DNA of 64,000 nucleotides from Hoeflea sp. (GTDB lineage Bacteria > Pseudomonadota > Alphaproteobacteria > Rhizobiales > Rhizobiaceae), in assembly GCF_039975035.1 (NCBI RefSeq), contig NZ_JBDWHW010000021.1, forward strand, positions 392-64,391. Direction: 5' to 3'. The notes under the pieces are model-generated. The model did no database searches and was not told the origin of the DNA. It saw only the letters and a program-made list of their open reading frames with translations. How positions within the stretch are numbered: position 1 is the first letter of the stretch; each line of letters begins with the position of its first letter. Shown here in pieces: positions 11,998 to 21,298 of the stretch. Position numbers and translations under genes: made by a program.

Positions 11998-13620
11998 TCA
12001 GTGTACCGAGCCGCTGGGCGCCGGCTGACCATCAATGACGACATTGACGCAAGCCACCTTGCCTGATGCCACCGCACGGTTGAGTGCAGCATCGAGATCC
12101 GCGAAGTCGGTGACATATTCACCGTGACCGCCAAGGGCTTCCACAGCTTTGTCGTATCGGGCATCGCTCAACTGGCAGCCAATCAGCCTGTCCTTGCCGT
12201 ATTCGCGCAACTGGATCTGGTGTTCGGCATTCCAGCACGAATCGTTGCCGATGACGACGACAAAGGGAAGGTTCTCCCGCGCCGCAGTTTCGAATTCAGC
12301 AAAATGGAAACCTACGGTACCGTCGCCCATCAGCGCGAAAACGGTTGCAGCGGGCCGGGCAGCGCATGCAGCCAGAGCATAGCAGAGACCGCCGCCAATG
12401 GCGCCGGAAGGGCCATTGATGATCCGTTCGGCGGCATGGCTGCCGGCCTGGGCCCATTGACCGAACTCACCGCCGTCGCAGATCAGCACAGCCTCATCGG
12501 CGGCTTCGATCTGGCTCTGCACGGCTGCAACCAGTTGTGCCGGACTGATCTTGCCGTCGGCGCCTGGCGTTGTCGCATCATAGCTGCGCGCCTTGACCAG
12601 ATCCGCCACCTGATGGCGCCAGGCGCGGCGTGCAGTGCCGCCCTGTCCCGCTTCCATCAACTGACCGGCGGCCTCCAGCGGATTGGCGTCGATCAGGTGC
12701 GCAAGCCGGTCGCCGAGATTGAGACCGGCGCGGTCGCGCTCGGTGACGTCGCTGTCGATAACGATCCAGCGGCAAGCCGGTTCAGCCACCGCCGCAGAAC
12801 CAAAGCCCAGCGTGAAGTTCACCGGCTTGCCAAGCGAGATAACAAGGTCACTCTGTTTGAGCGCATTCGCGAAATCACCGAGTGACGGATCCTTGAGGCC
12901 GCGCGGGCTTTCCATCGCCAGCACCGGCGCATCAAGCGCATCCTGCAGGGCCGTCAACACCGTGCCTTGCCGGGTGGCGTTCATCGCCGGGCCGCACAGC
13001 ACGAGCGGTGCCTTGGCCTGCGACAGCGACGCAAGCACCAGCGCCAATTCCTCGTTACCGATGCATACCTGATCGCGCGTCATTGACGCGGCTGTGGGCA
13101 GGTCTACGCCGCCGGTATCGGCTTCGACGACATCGAAAGGAAGCGCCACATGCACCGGCCCGGGCCTGCCCGACAGCGCGGTGCGAATGGCGAGCGCCAC
13201 CGTCTCGCCCAAGGTGGCGGCGGATTTTGCGCGCGTTGACAACTTTGTCAGCGGCGCGGTCATCGGCACCTGGTCGAATTCCTGGAAGGCTCCTTTGCCA
13301 TCCTGGCCGCGCGGAGAATCTCCGGTCAACAGCAAAACCGGGCTCTCAGATTGTCGCGCCGAAAAAAGCGGCCCAATGGCATTGGCAGCGCCCGGAGCCG
13401 CGGTCACCAGCGCAATGCCGATCTCGCCGGTTAATTGGGCCCAGGCATCGGCCATGAACACGGCTGCTCCTTCATGACGGGTATGAATGATCTCGATGCC
13501 GGCGCCCAGACAGGCATCATAGACCGGCATGATCTGGTTGCCCGACAACGAGAAGATTTTTGTCACCCCGGCCAAAGCCAGGGTCTCAACCAAAAGGTCT
13601 GCACCGCGCATAATTTTCAT
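11998..13620 (-). CDS. thiamine-diphosphate-dependent enzyme (acetolactate-synthase/oxalyl-CoA-decarboxylase-like fold), specificity unknown
   Basis: ORF 11998..13791. The N-terminal 57 codons look non-coding and would overlap tctA. ATG at 13620 gives MKIMRGADLLVETLALAGV... ThDP motif LMGDGTVGFHFAEFETAARENLPFVVVIGND. Confidence 0.85.
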   Translation of the reverse strand: MKIMRGADLLVETLALAGVTKIFSLSGNQIMPVYDACLGAGIEIIHTRHEGAAVFMADAWAQLTGEIGIALVTAAPGAANAIGPLFSARQSESPVLLLTGDSPRGQDGKGAFQEFDQVPMTAPLTKLSTRAKSAATLGETVALAIRTALSGRPGPVHVALPFDVVEADTGGVDLPTAASMTRDQVCIGNEELALVLASLSQAKAPLVLCGPAMNATRQGTVLTALQDALDAPVLAMESPRGLKDPSLGDFANALKQSDLVISLGKPVNFTLGFGSAAVAEPACRWIVIDSDVTERDRAGLNLGDRLAHLIDANPLEAAGQLMEAGQGGTARRAWRHQVADLVKARSYDATTPGADGKISPAQLVAAVQSQIEAADEAVLICDGGEFGQWAQAGSHAAERIINGPSGAIGGGLCYALAACAARPAATVFALMGDGTVGFHFAEFETAARENLPFVVVIGNDSCWNAEHQIQLREYGKDRLIGCQLSDARYDKAVEALGGHGEYVTDFADLDAALNRAVASGKVACVNVVIDGQPAPSGSVH

Positions 13621-13700
13621 CCTTGTTCGGCCATGATCTGGAGGGCAGGCCTGTCTCGTTTGTGGGTATTGCAGGTCGTCGCCGTGGTCTGCCCGACAGC

Positions 13701-13730
13701 CCGGTCTATTCTTGGCCGGTCTATTCCTGG
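13701..13730. repeat. 15-nt tandem duplication CCGGTCTATTC(T/C)TGG x2 spanning the tctA stop codon
   Basis: Read directly: ccggtctattcttgg (13701..13715) and ccggtctattcctgg (13716..13730). The second copy contains the tctA stop (cta at 13721..13723 on the plus strand). Confidence 0.9.
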
Positions 13731-15235
13731 TTTGCCGTCTGCATCGGAACGTGTCTCCGCGTCGCCTTGATGCCGGCACGAACGATGGCAAACACTGTAA
13801 TTACCGTCAGTGCCCAGAAGAACCAGGTGATCGGTCCACGGAACAAGATCGTCGGCGAACTGCCTGACATCAGCATTGCCTGGCGGAAATTGTCTTCAAG
13901 CAACGGCCCGAGAATGAAGGCAATCAGAAACGGGGCCGCCGGAATTTTGTAACGCAGCATGAAATAGCCGACCCAACCCATGGCGAACATCACCCCGACA
14001 TCGAAGATCGAATTGTTGACCGCGAACACGCCGAAGATGCACAGCACCAGAACGGCGGGAAACAGAACGCCGCGCGGAATGTCGGCGACATATTTGAAGC
14101 CGCGAATGGCCACCGAACCGATGAAGAAAAGGAACACCGAACTTACGATGAGGCCGATGAATAGCGCATAGATAATGTCGGCGTTGAGCACGAACATCAT
14201 CGGGCCCGGCTGCAGGCCGTGGATCATGAATGCGCCGATGATGATGGCGGTGATAACGTCACCCGGAATACCCAGCGCCAGCAGCGGAATCAGGGTCGCG
14301 CCGGCAACGCCGTTGTTGCCGGCTTCGGCGGCGGCGACGCCTTCAAGCTCGCCCTTGCCGAAATTGTCCTTGTTGGGCGAGGTTCGCCGGGCTTCCGAAT
14401 AGGACAGAAAGGCGGAGGGAGCCGCGCCGATGCCGGGAATGGCGCCCAGAATGACGCCTATGAAACTACCGCGGACGATCGATTTGAAGCACCGCTTGTA
14501 GTCAGCAAATGATACCCAGCTTTTACCCATCGAGCGCTTCTGACCATCAAAGGCCCTGGGATTCCAGACCATGGCGATGATTTCGGGAATGGCGAACAGT
14601 CCGATGAGAACCGCGATGAAATTGAGCCCCCCCATCAGATTGGCGTTGCCGAAAGTAAAACGGTTGGTGCCATAGATGAGATCGAGCCCGACCGTGGCCA
14701 GCAACAGTCCCAGCATTGCCGACAGCGCGCCGCGCAACAGGCTCTCGCCCGAGACGCCGGCAATGATGGTCAGCGAAAACAACATCAGGGTGAAAAATTC
14801 CGGCGGACCGAAACTCAGTGCAAACGTCGCCAGGTAACCGGCAAACAGGATCAGCGCCAGATTGGAAATCAGGTCGGCGGTGCACGATGCCCACAACGCC
14901 ATGCCGAGCGCCTTTCCGGCCTGACCCATCTCCGCCAGCGGATAACCGTCAAGCACGGTGGCCGACGAAGCCGGTGTGCCTGGTGTCTTGATCAGGATGG
15001 CTGGAATGGAGCCACCGAAAATGCCGCCCTTGTAAACGCCGAGCAGCAGCAGGATTCCGGTTATCGGCTGCAACGCAAAGGTAAACGGTAGGGTCAGCGC
15101 CACCGCCATGGTGGCCGACATGCCCGGAATCGCCCCGGCAATGACACCAACAGCAACACCCATGCCAAGAGCAGCGAAGCTTTCGATGTTGGCGACCAGC
15201 GACAGTCCCATCATCAGATTGTCTGCAAAACTCAT
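13721..15235 (-). CDS. tctA: tripartite tricarboxylate transporter large permease
   Basis: 504-aa polytopic membrane protein of the TctA family. Overlaps tctB by 4 nt. Its C-terminal third aligns with the fragment at 51896..52480. Confidence 0.92.
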   Translation of the reverse strand: MSFADNLMMGLSLVANIESFAALGMGVAVGVIAGAIPGMSATMAVALTLPFTFALQPITGILLLLGVYKGGIFGGSIPAILIKTPGTPASSATVLDGYPLAEMGQAGKALGMALWASCTADLISNLALILFAGYLATFALSFGPPEFFTLMLFSLTIIAGVSGESLLRGALSAMLGLLLATVGLDLIYGTNRFTFGNANLMGGLNFIAVLIGLFAIPEIIAMVWNPRAFDGQKRSMGKSWVSFADYKRCFKSIVRGSFIGVILGAIPGIGAAPSAFLSYSEARRTSPNKDNFGKGELEGVAAAEAGNNGVAGATLIPLLALGIPGDVITAIIIGAFMIHGLQPGPMMFVLNADIIYALFIGLIVSSVFLFFIGSVAIRGFKYVADIPRGVLFPAVLVLCIFGVFAVNNSIFDVGVMFAMGWVGYFMLRYKIPAAPFLIAFILGPLLEDNFRQAMLMSGSSPTILFRGPITWFFWALTVITVFAIVRAGIKATRRHVPMQTANQE

Positions 15236-15723
15236 GGAAGCCTCACGAAATCACCCTGCGGTATCGCGACACCGGCGACATGGGCAAAGAAAGCATAGAG
15301 CACCAGCGGAACCAGTACCGCACTGATCAGTGCGGTTTTCGGATGACTGGTGCCGACAAGAAAGGCGGTTACGATAAACACCAGCATCGAGGTCCAGACC
15401 ATACCGATGCGGGGCATCAGCAGCATGGTGGCGATCATCACTGCGGCAATGCTTGCCAGTCGGCGCCAGGCATTCGTCCTGTCGTCCACATCGGAGATTA
15501 CAGGCTCGGAGGATACGGGCTCGCGGAGCGCCAGCACCACCATACCCAGACCCGTGATTCCAGTCAGGCCGGCAAGCGCCCATGGCCAGAAAAGCGGCGA
15601 CAGGATGATATTTGGAACATTGCTGGGAGACGATACCCAGACAGGAATGGCGACAAGCAAAAGAAAAGCAGCTGCTAATATTGCCCCTACGCCCAATTGA
15701 AGTTGAATTGTCCGATCGTGCAC
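15232..15723 (-). CDS. tctB: tripartite tricarboxylate transporter small membrane subunit
   Basis: 163 aa with about 4 TM. Position between tctC and tctA with ATGA overlap. Confidence 0.8.
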   Translation of the reverse strand: MHDRTIQLQLGVGAILAAAFLLLVAIPVWVSSPSNVPNIILSPLFWPWALAGLTGITGLGMVVLALREPVSSEPVISDVDDRTNAWRRLASIAAVMIATMLLMPRIGMVWTSMLVFIVTAFLVGTSHPKTALISAVLVPLVLYAFFAHVAGVAIPQGDFVRLP

Positions 15724-15745
15724 CCAAAACCCCTCCCCTTGTTAA

Positions 15746-15896
15746 AATGCGCCGGATTTTGACCCGATCCGGCGCATTCTACAATCCTAGTGGTCTGACC
15801 GAAACAGATGATACCCATCTGTTTCGGATGGTCAGCCCACAAGCTATTGATCTGGTGGGGCGATTTGTCCTGACAGATGGGAACCATCTGTCAGGA
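15746..15896. repeat. three consecutive perfect stem-loops in the tctC-tctB intergenic region (15746..15778, 15799..15827, 15868..15896)
   Basis: aatgcgccggat/atccggcgcatt (12 bp). ccgaaacagatg/catctgtttcgg (12 bp). tcctgacagatgg/ccatctgtcagga (13 bp). Hairpins 2 and 3 share the core ACAGATG...CATCTGT. Confidence 0.9.
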
Positions 15897-15920
15897 TCGC
15901 ACCACTAGTCGTTGATCGAA

Positions 15921-16898
15921 CTAGCCTTCGACACGCATGCCAAGTTCATCAACCAATTTGCGGAAGGTCTCGTACTGCCCTTGAATAAAGGCCTTGGCTT
16001 CCTCCGGGTTCATCAGATTGATGACCGAGCCCGCCTTTTCCATGACGGCAAGAAACTTCTCATCCTGGACTGCCGTAGCCATCCACTCGCCCCATTTTGC
16101 CGCAACATCATCGCCCAGCGAAGCCGGGCCGGCAATGCCGGTCCATCCGACAAGTTGTTCAAGGGACGGCTTGCCGAGTTCTGTGGCGGTCGGGGCATCA
16201 AAACCGTTGAGCCGCTCGGGGGTAGTTACCAGCAGCGGCTTGAGCTGCCCGTTGGCCACAAAACCCGCCAGCGCCGAGGAGTTGGTGCAGATGAAGGTCA
16301 CGGTGCCGTTGAGCACCGCAGTTGCGGCCTCGCCACCACCCTTCTGCGGGATATGGACCGTCGACTTGAGCGGATCTTCGATGCCGAACTCCTTCAGCAC
16401 CATCACCGCTGCCAATTGCAACAGTGATCCAACGCCGGAGGAGGAATAGGAGACACCGCCTTCCTGGACCTTGGCTATCAGGTCGTCCATCGAGGCAATG
16501 CCGGAGGCTGGCGTTACCGCACATACGACCGGGTTGATTTCATAGACGGTGACAAAACGGAAATCATCAAGCGTGTAGGGCAGTGTTGCCTTCATCGCCG
16601 GATTGACGGTGTGCGAGCCGACGCGGGCAAACAGCATGGTGTAGCCATCGCCCTTGGCATTCTGCACAGCCACGGAACCAGTGGCGCCGCCCGCGCCTGT
16701 GACGTTGGACATTACCATCGGCGTGCCGGCGGCGGCAGTCAGAGCCTCGGCGATTGCGCGTGCGGAAATGTCCGTGGCGCCGCCCGCACCATAAGGAATA
16801 ATCATATTGATCGGGCGATCCGGGTATTCGGCCAAAGCCGCCGTCGCCGTCATTCCGAGCGTGAGCGCACACGCCAAGCCGATTTTCTTGAAATTCAT
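15921..16898 (-). CDS. tctC: Bug/TctC-family tripartite tricarboxylate transporter substrate-binding protein
   Basis: ORF 15921..16994. ATG at 16898 (MNFKKIGLACALTLGMTATAALA signal peptide) preceded by GGGAGGAAA. EYPDRPINMIIPYGAGGATD. Confidence 0.9.
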   Translation of the reverse strand: MNFKKIGLACALTLGMTATAALAEYPDRPINMIIPYGAGGATDISARAIAEALTAAAGTPMVMSNVTGAGGATGSVAVQNAKGDGYTMLFARVGSHTVNPAMKATLPYTLDDFRFVTVYEINPVVCAVTPASGIASMDDLIAKVQEGGVSYSSSGVGSLLQLAAVMVLKEFGIEDPLKSTVHIPQKGGGEAATAVLNGTVTFICTNSSALAGFVANGQLKPLLVTTPERLNGFDAPTATELGKPSLEQLVGWTGIAGPASLGDDVAAKWGEWMATAVQDEKFLAVMEKAGSVINLMNPEEAKAFIQGQYETFRKLVDELGMRVEG

Positions 16899-16987
16899 AA
16901 TTTCCTCCCGGTTACATGGCTTGCAGATTGTCCGGAACCATATTTCCTCTTTCCGGGCAACTAGGCCATTGCAAAAACCATATTGGT

Positions 16988-17042
16988 AAGTCACATTTGT
17001 ATAAAGTCACAATTGTTTACATATTATGTAATAATTGCTTAC
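16988..17042. promoter_or_regulatory. tctC/LysR divergent control region: direct repeat AAGTCACA(T/A)TTGT x2, palindrome TTACATA-T-TATGTAA, and 20-nt box ATTATGTAATAATTGCTTAC
   Basis: Read directly. Repeats at 16988..17000 and 17004..17016, palindrome at 17017..17031, box at 17023..17042 containing GTAA-N7-TTAC (T-N11-A). The box recurs at 27254..27273. Confidence 0.6.
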
Positions 17043-17061
17043 ACTATATCGCGGAAAACTG

Positions 17062-17979
17062 ATGTCGATACGATTGCTCAAAACGCTTCTGGCGGTGGCG
17101 GAACACGGGACTTTCAGTGCGGCGGCCGACGCGGTTTTTATCACTCATGCCGCTGTCAGCCAGCAGATGAAAGCCTTGGAACAGGAATGGAAAATCGCCA
17201 TTTTCGAACGGTCCAAGCGAACTCCGGAACTTACACCCATCGGCCGCAGTCTGGTGGAAAAGGCACGCGAGGTGGTGCGGGCCTATGACAATCTGGTGCC
17301 ATCGGTCCTTGGGGATGACGGACTCAAAGGCGATCTGATGCTCGGCGCGGTGCCCACGACCCTGGCAGGTCTCGCGCCGATGGCAATCTCGCTGCTCAAA
17401 TCCGCCTACCCCGATCTGCACGTCGCCGTCCAGCCCGGACTGACCAATGAATTGCTGCACCAGGTCGAGCGCGGCTATCTCGATGTCGCAGTCATCTCCA
17501 AACCGAAACTCGTTCCGCGCGGCCTCAACTGGCACCAGATAGCCATCGAGCCGCTGCAACTGCTGGCCTCTCTGGAGACCGATAGCGACGACCCGGTACA
17601 CCTGCTCAACACCAACCCCTTTATACGCTTTACCCGCGAAGCGGTGGTTGGCGATCTGATTGAAATTTGGCTGCAAGAGCAGAAGATCGATGTGCGTGAC
17701 AGCATGGAGCTGGAGGGGCTTGAGGCGATTTCCACCATGGTGCTGTGCAATCTCGGTGTCTCCATAGCGCCGCGCCGCTGCTTCCAGAGTGCCAATCCGC
17801 TGAACCTGAAGCGCCTGCCACTTCACAACGGCCCGGTACGCCATCTCGGTCTCATCAGTCGCGCAGACACCACCAAGGTGCGGGTGATCGAGGAAATTCA
17901 CTCCAAGCTGCTGGAAGCCGTCGAAATCGGCTCGTTCCCGCCCAGGACATTGAGGACACCTCCCCCAAGTGACAATTGA
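17062..17979 (+). CDS. LysR-family transcriptional regulator
   Basis: ATG at 17062 gives MSIRLLKTLLAVAEHGTFSAAADAVFITHAAVSQQMKALE. Divergent from tctC. The 3' end overlaps the TauE gene start by 11 nt. Confidence 0.9.
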   Translation: MSIRLLKTLLAVAEHGTFSAAADAVFITHAAVSQQMKALEQEWKIAIFERSKRTPELTPIGRSLVEKAREVVRAYDNLVPSVLGDDGLKGDLMLGAVPTTLAGLAPMAISLLKSAYPDLHVAVQPGLTNELLHQVERGYLDVAVISKPKLVPRGLNWHQIAIEPLQLLASLETDSDDPVHLLNTNPFIRFTREAVVGDLIEIWLQEQKIDVRDSMELEGLEAISTMVLCNLGVSIAPRRCFQSANPLNLKRLPLHNGPVRHLGLISRADTTKVRVIEEIHSKLLEAVEIGSFPPRTLRTPPPSDN

Positions 17980-18715
17980 GTTCATCGCAATCCTGGCCGC
18001 CGGCGCCGCCCTGGGTGGTTTTGTCAACGGTCTGGCGGGTTTCGGCACCGCCTTGTTCGCGCTCGGTTTCTGGCTGCAGATCCTGCCACCGCTGGAAGCC
18101 GTGTCACTGATCGCCTTGATGTCCGTCATCAGCGGTTTGCAGGGCGTGTGGGTTGTAAGACGCTCGGTGCTCGACAATCCGCGCCGTCTCGCACGGTTTT
18201 TAATACCTGCGGTCTTTGGCATACCGGCAGGCATTGCCGCGTTGTCGATCTTTCCGCCGCTGGTTATCAAACTGGTGATCGCCGCATTCATGATTCTCTA
18301 TGGCGGTTTCTTCTCGCTCCGCAGCGCGCTGCCCCGGTTCGAGCGGCCGACACCGGTGATTGACAGCATGATCGGCTTTTTCGGCGGCGTGCTGGGTGGC
18401 GCCGCCTCGCTATCTGGCGCCCTGCCGACGATGTGGTGCTCCATGCGGCCATGGCCGAAAGCCGAAATCCGCGCTGTACTGCAACCCTTCAACGTCATTG
18501 TGCTGGGGCTCACTGCAGTCGGTTTCGCGGTCAAGGGCGTCTATGATCTTGATACCCTGAAACTGATCGCCGTGACCCTGCCGGTGACGCTGATATCGGC
18601 GCAGATCGGCATCATCACCTTCAAACGGCTCAATGACGATCAATTCCGCCGGCTGATCATCGCCTTGATGTTCATTTCCGGCGCAGTCCTGCTTGCAAGG
18701 GAGGTTCTCTGGTGA
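17969..18715 (+). CDS. TauE/SafE (DUF81) family membrane protein, putative sulfite/organosulfonate exporter
   Basis: 248 aa with about 7-8 TM. Gly-rich TM1 AAGAALGGFVNGLAGFGTALF and second half-repeat GFFGGVLGGAASLSG, typical of the family. GTG start. Confidence 0.8.
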   Translation: MTIEFIAILAAGAALGGFVNGLAGFGTALFALGFWLQILPPLEAVSLIALMSVISGLQGVWVVRRSVLDNPRRLARFLIPAVFGIPAGIAALSIFPPLVIKLVIAAFMILYGGFFSLRSALPRFERPTPVIDSMIGFFGGVLGGAASLSGALPTMWCSMRPWPKAEIRAVLQPFNVIVLGLTAVGFAVKGVYDLDTLKLIAVTLPVTLISAQIGIITFKRLNDDQFRRLIIALMFISGAVLLAREVLW

Positions 18716-19851
18716 CCATTTCAGTCATTGCCCGCATCGAGGTCTCGACCTACCGGGTGCCCATCACCACACCGGTGATGACCTCCTTCGGCGCCATGGC
18801 CAACCGCCCGGCCGTGTTCGTCCGGCTCATCGATTCCGATGGTGCATTCGGCTGGGGTGAAATCTTCGCCAACTGGCCTGCGGCCGGTGCAGAACACCGC
18901 GCCAGGCTGTTGATGGAAGACATTGCCGACCTTGTGATCGGATTTCAGGCCGAAACCGCGAGCGACCTGTTCCATCATCTGATGACGAAAACCCATATCC
19001 GCGCACTGCAATGCGGCGAATGGGGACCCTTCGCGCAGGTCATCGCCGGGCTCGACACCGCCCTGCACGATCTTTTCGCACGCCGCGACGGCGTCTCGTT
19101 GGCCCGCCATCTCAATCGCGAGGCGGCCACATCCGTGCCTGCCTATGCCAGTGGCATCCACATCGGAGCGGCCAGCACGATGGTCCCCATGGTTCGCAAA
19201 CTGGGCTACCAGGCTATGAAGGTGAAGATCGGTTTCGACGCTGGCGCGGATATCAAACTGTTAAGAGACCTCTGCGCTACCCGGCCCCAAGGGGAAAGGC
19301 TGTTCACGGACGCCAACCAGGCCTGGACGCTTGAAGAGGCGCTTGCTTTTGTCGACCGGGCCGGCGAACTCGGGTTGGACTGGCTGGAAGAACCGATCCG
19401 TGCCGACATGCCGGGTGAGCAATGGACGGAACTGGCCAAGGCGAGTTGCATACCGCTGGCCGCCGGCGAGAACATCACCGGTTTTGACAGTTTCGATACA
19501 GCCATCGCCTCGGGCAATTTCGGCTTCATCCAGCCGGACGTGGCCAAGTGGGGCGGCGTGACCGGATGCTACCGGATCGGCAAGGCCATTCTGGCGGGCA
19601 GCCGGACCTATTGTCCGCATTTCCTCGGCGGCGGGATCGGGTTGATCGCTTCGGGCCATCTGTTGGCGGCAGCCGGCGGCAACGGCCTGCTGGAAGTCGA
19701 CGTCAACGCCAATCCGCTGCGCGATGCCTTTTTCCCCGAAGGCATGTGCAAAGGCGGGCGCTTCGAACTTTCCGACGCGCCGGGAATGGGATTCGAAGCA
19801 CTACCGGAAAGCCTGCTGCAGTATCGGACATTGGACCTGGTCCGCAGTTAG
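18712..19851 (+). CDS. enolase-superfamily enzyme (mandelate racemase subgroup-like), substrate unknown
   Basis: 379 aa. GTGA overlap with the TauE stop. AMKVKIGFD (KxK), LFTDANQAW, WLEEPI, AAGENI, IQPDVAKWGG, YCPHFLGGG. Confidence 0.85.
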   Translation: MTISVIARIEVSTYRVPITTPVMTSFGAMANRPAVFVRLIDSDGAFGWGEIFANWPAAGAEHRARLLMEDIADLVIGFQAETASDLFHHLMTKTHIRALQCGEWGPFAQVIAGLDTALHDLFARRDGVSLARHLNREAATSVPAYASGIHIGAASTMVPMVRKLGYQAMKVKIGFDAGADIKLLRDLCATRPQGERLFTDANQAWTLEEALAFVDRAGELGLDWLEEPIRADMPGEQWTELAKASCIPLAAGENITGFDSFDTAIASGNFGFIQPDVAKWGGVTGCYRIGKAILAGSRTYCPHFLGGGIGLIASGHLLAAAGGNGLLEVDVNANPLRDAFFPEGMCKGGRFELSDAPGMGFEALPESLLQYRTLDLVRS

Positions 19852-19860
19852 GCCCGGTTC

Positions 19861-20181
19861 TCACTTCACCTGAAAAAACGGTGCGGGTACCAGGATCTTG
19901 TTTTCGACATGGGTGACCAACGGCCGCATCTTGGCGGCGTAGCTCTGCCATTCGGGCGCGGCCTGCAACAGCTTGCGACGCACGAAGCGGTCATCAAGAC
20001 TGTCATAGCCCCACATGTGGACAATCTGGTTGAGCGGACCGATATCGGTGAAGTAGTACCCGACCATCTTGCCGAGGATTCGCACCTGCACCTCCATTCC
20101 CTCCTCCTCATAAAGCTTGAGGAAAACCGGCACCTTTCCGGCCTGCAGCGTATAGATGCGTTCATCAACAAACTTGCTCAT
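19861..20181 (-). CDS. NIPSNAP-family protein
   Basis: 106 aa single-domain protein. IYTLQAGKVPVFLKLYEEEG...IVHMWGYDSLDDR pattern recognised as NIPSNAP-like. Confidence 0.7.
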   Translation of the reverse strand: MSKFVDERIYTLQAGKVPVFLKLYEEEGMEVQVRILGKMVGYYFTDIGPLNQIVHMWGYDSLDDRFVRRKLLQAAPEWQSYAAKMRPLVTHVENKILVPAPFFQVK

Positions 20182-20202
20182 GTGAAATCCCTTCCGAAAG
20201 CC

Positions 20203-21228
20203 TCAGTTCATGTAAATCTTGATCGCGGTCAGTGCGAAGACGGCGAGAATCCCGGTGAGCGCGCAAATCAGCACGATGGCACTGCCACCGACATCGCCGA
20301 GTTTTTTCAGCGAAGTCTTCATGCCAAGCGCTGCAATCGCCACGACCAGGCACCAGCGCGAGAACGACAGCAAGCCGTCCTTGACTGGCACCGGAATGAA
20401 GTCATAGGAGCCGACGATAACCAGCGCGGCAAAACCAATGACAAAGAACGGGATCGGCAGTGCCCGCTTGGCGCCGGGTTCGCGCGAGCCTGCAAACACC
20501 AGCGACAGCACCACGACAATCGGCACCAGCAGCGCAACACGCAGCAGCTTGACGAAGGTAGCGGTTTCGCCGGCGAGGTCTGACACCGAGTAGCCGGCAC
20601 CGACAACCTGCGCAACATCATGGATGGTGGCGCCGAAGAAAACGCCGGTGGCAACTTCCGACAATTGCATCACGTCGGCGATGATCGGATAGAGGATCAT
20701 GGCAAGCGTGCTGAGCGCCGTGACCCCTATGACGGTGAAGATGGTGTCGCGTTCCAGTGTCTCGCTCTTGGGCAGTACCGAGGAGATCGCCAGCGCCGCC
20801 GACGCACCGCAGATCGCCACCGCACCCCCGATCAGCAAACCGAAACGCGAGCCGCGGCCGAGGAACCGGCTCAGGACCAGACCCAGACTGATGGTCAGCG
20901 CCACGCCGCCCAGCGTGATCAACAGCACTTCAGACCCGGTCGAGGCGATCTGCTGAACGGTGATTCCGAGACCCAGCAACGCCACACCGAAACGCAACAG
21001 CACTTTCGAGGAGAACTCGATGCCGGCCACGCATGTGCCGCCATCCTCAACCAGAAAATTGAAGGCCATACCGATCAGCAGTGCGATCAGCATCACCGGC
21101 GCGCCATAATGCTCGGAAATGAACTTGGCCGCCAGCGCTACAGTCAGCGCCGTGAGCAGCCCAGGAAACAGCAGTTGGGCCTTTCGGACCAGCGCAAGTT
21201 CGGTCAATCGGGTCATGGACCTCTTCAC
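20203..21228 (-). CDS. YeiH/UPF0324-family membrane protein (family annotated as putative sulfate exporter)
   Basis: 341 aa polytopic. GGAVAICGASAALA, GATIHDVAQVVGAG, AIAALGMKTSL. Confidence 0.8.
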   Translation of the reverse strand: MKRSMTRLTELALVRKAQLLFPGLLTALTVALAAKFISEHYGAPVMLIALLIGMAFNFLVEDGGTCVAGIEFSSKVLLRFGVALLGLGITVQQIASTGSEVLLITLGGVALTISLGLVLSRFLGRGSRFGLLIGGAVAICGASAALAISSVLPKSETLERDTIFTVIGVTALSTLAMILYPIIADVMQLSEVATGVFFGATIHDVAQVVGAGYSVSDLAGETATFVKLLRVALLVPIVVVLSLVFAGSREPGAKRALPIPFFVIGFAALVIVGSYDFIPVPVKDGLLSFSRWCLVVAIAALGMKTSLKKLGDVGGSAIVLICALTGILAVFALTAIKIYMN

Positions 21229-21298
21229 ATTTTCGATAGGGGACGGTGGGAACGCCCCGCATCAGAGGTGCGCGGCGTTGCAGTCAGAACGTACGTGC

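Noticed and set aside
11998-13620. Calling the ThDP enzyme sulfoacetaldehyde acetyltransferase (Xsc)
   Set aside because: Only the generic ALS-like fold and ThDP motif are visible. The N-terminus does not match what I recall of Xsc, and the length is about 541 aa. Specificity is left open.
17044-18291. 415-aa minus-strand ORF across the LysR and TauE genes
   Set aside because: It is antisense to two genes with clear HTH and TM patterns. Its composition is that of a GC-rich shadow frame.
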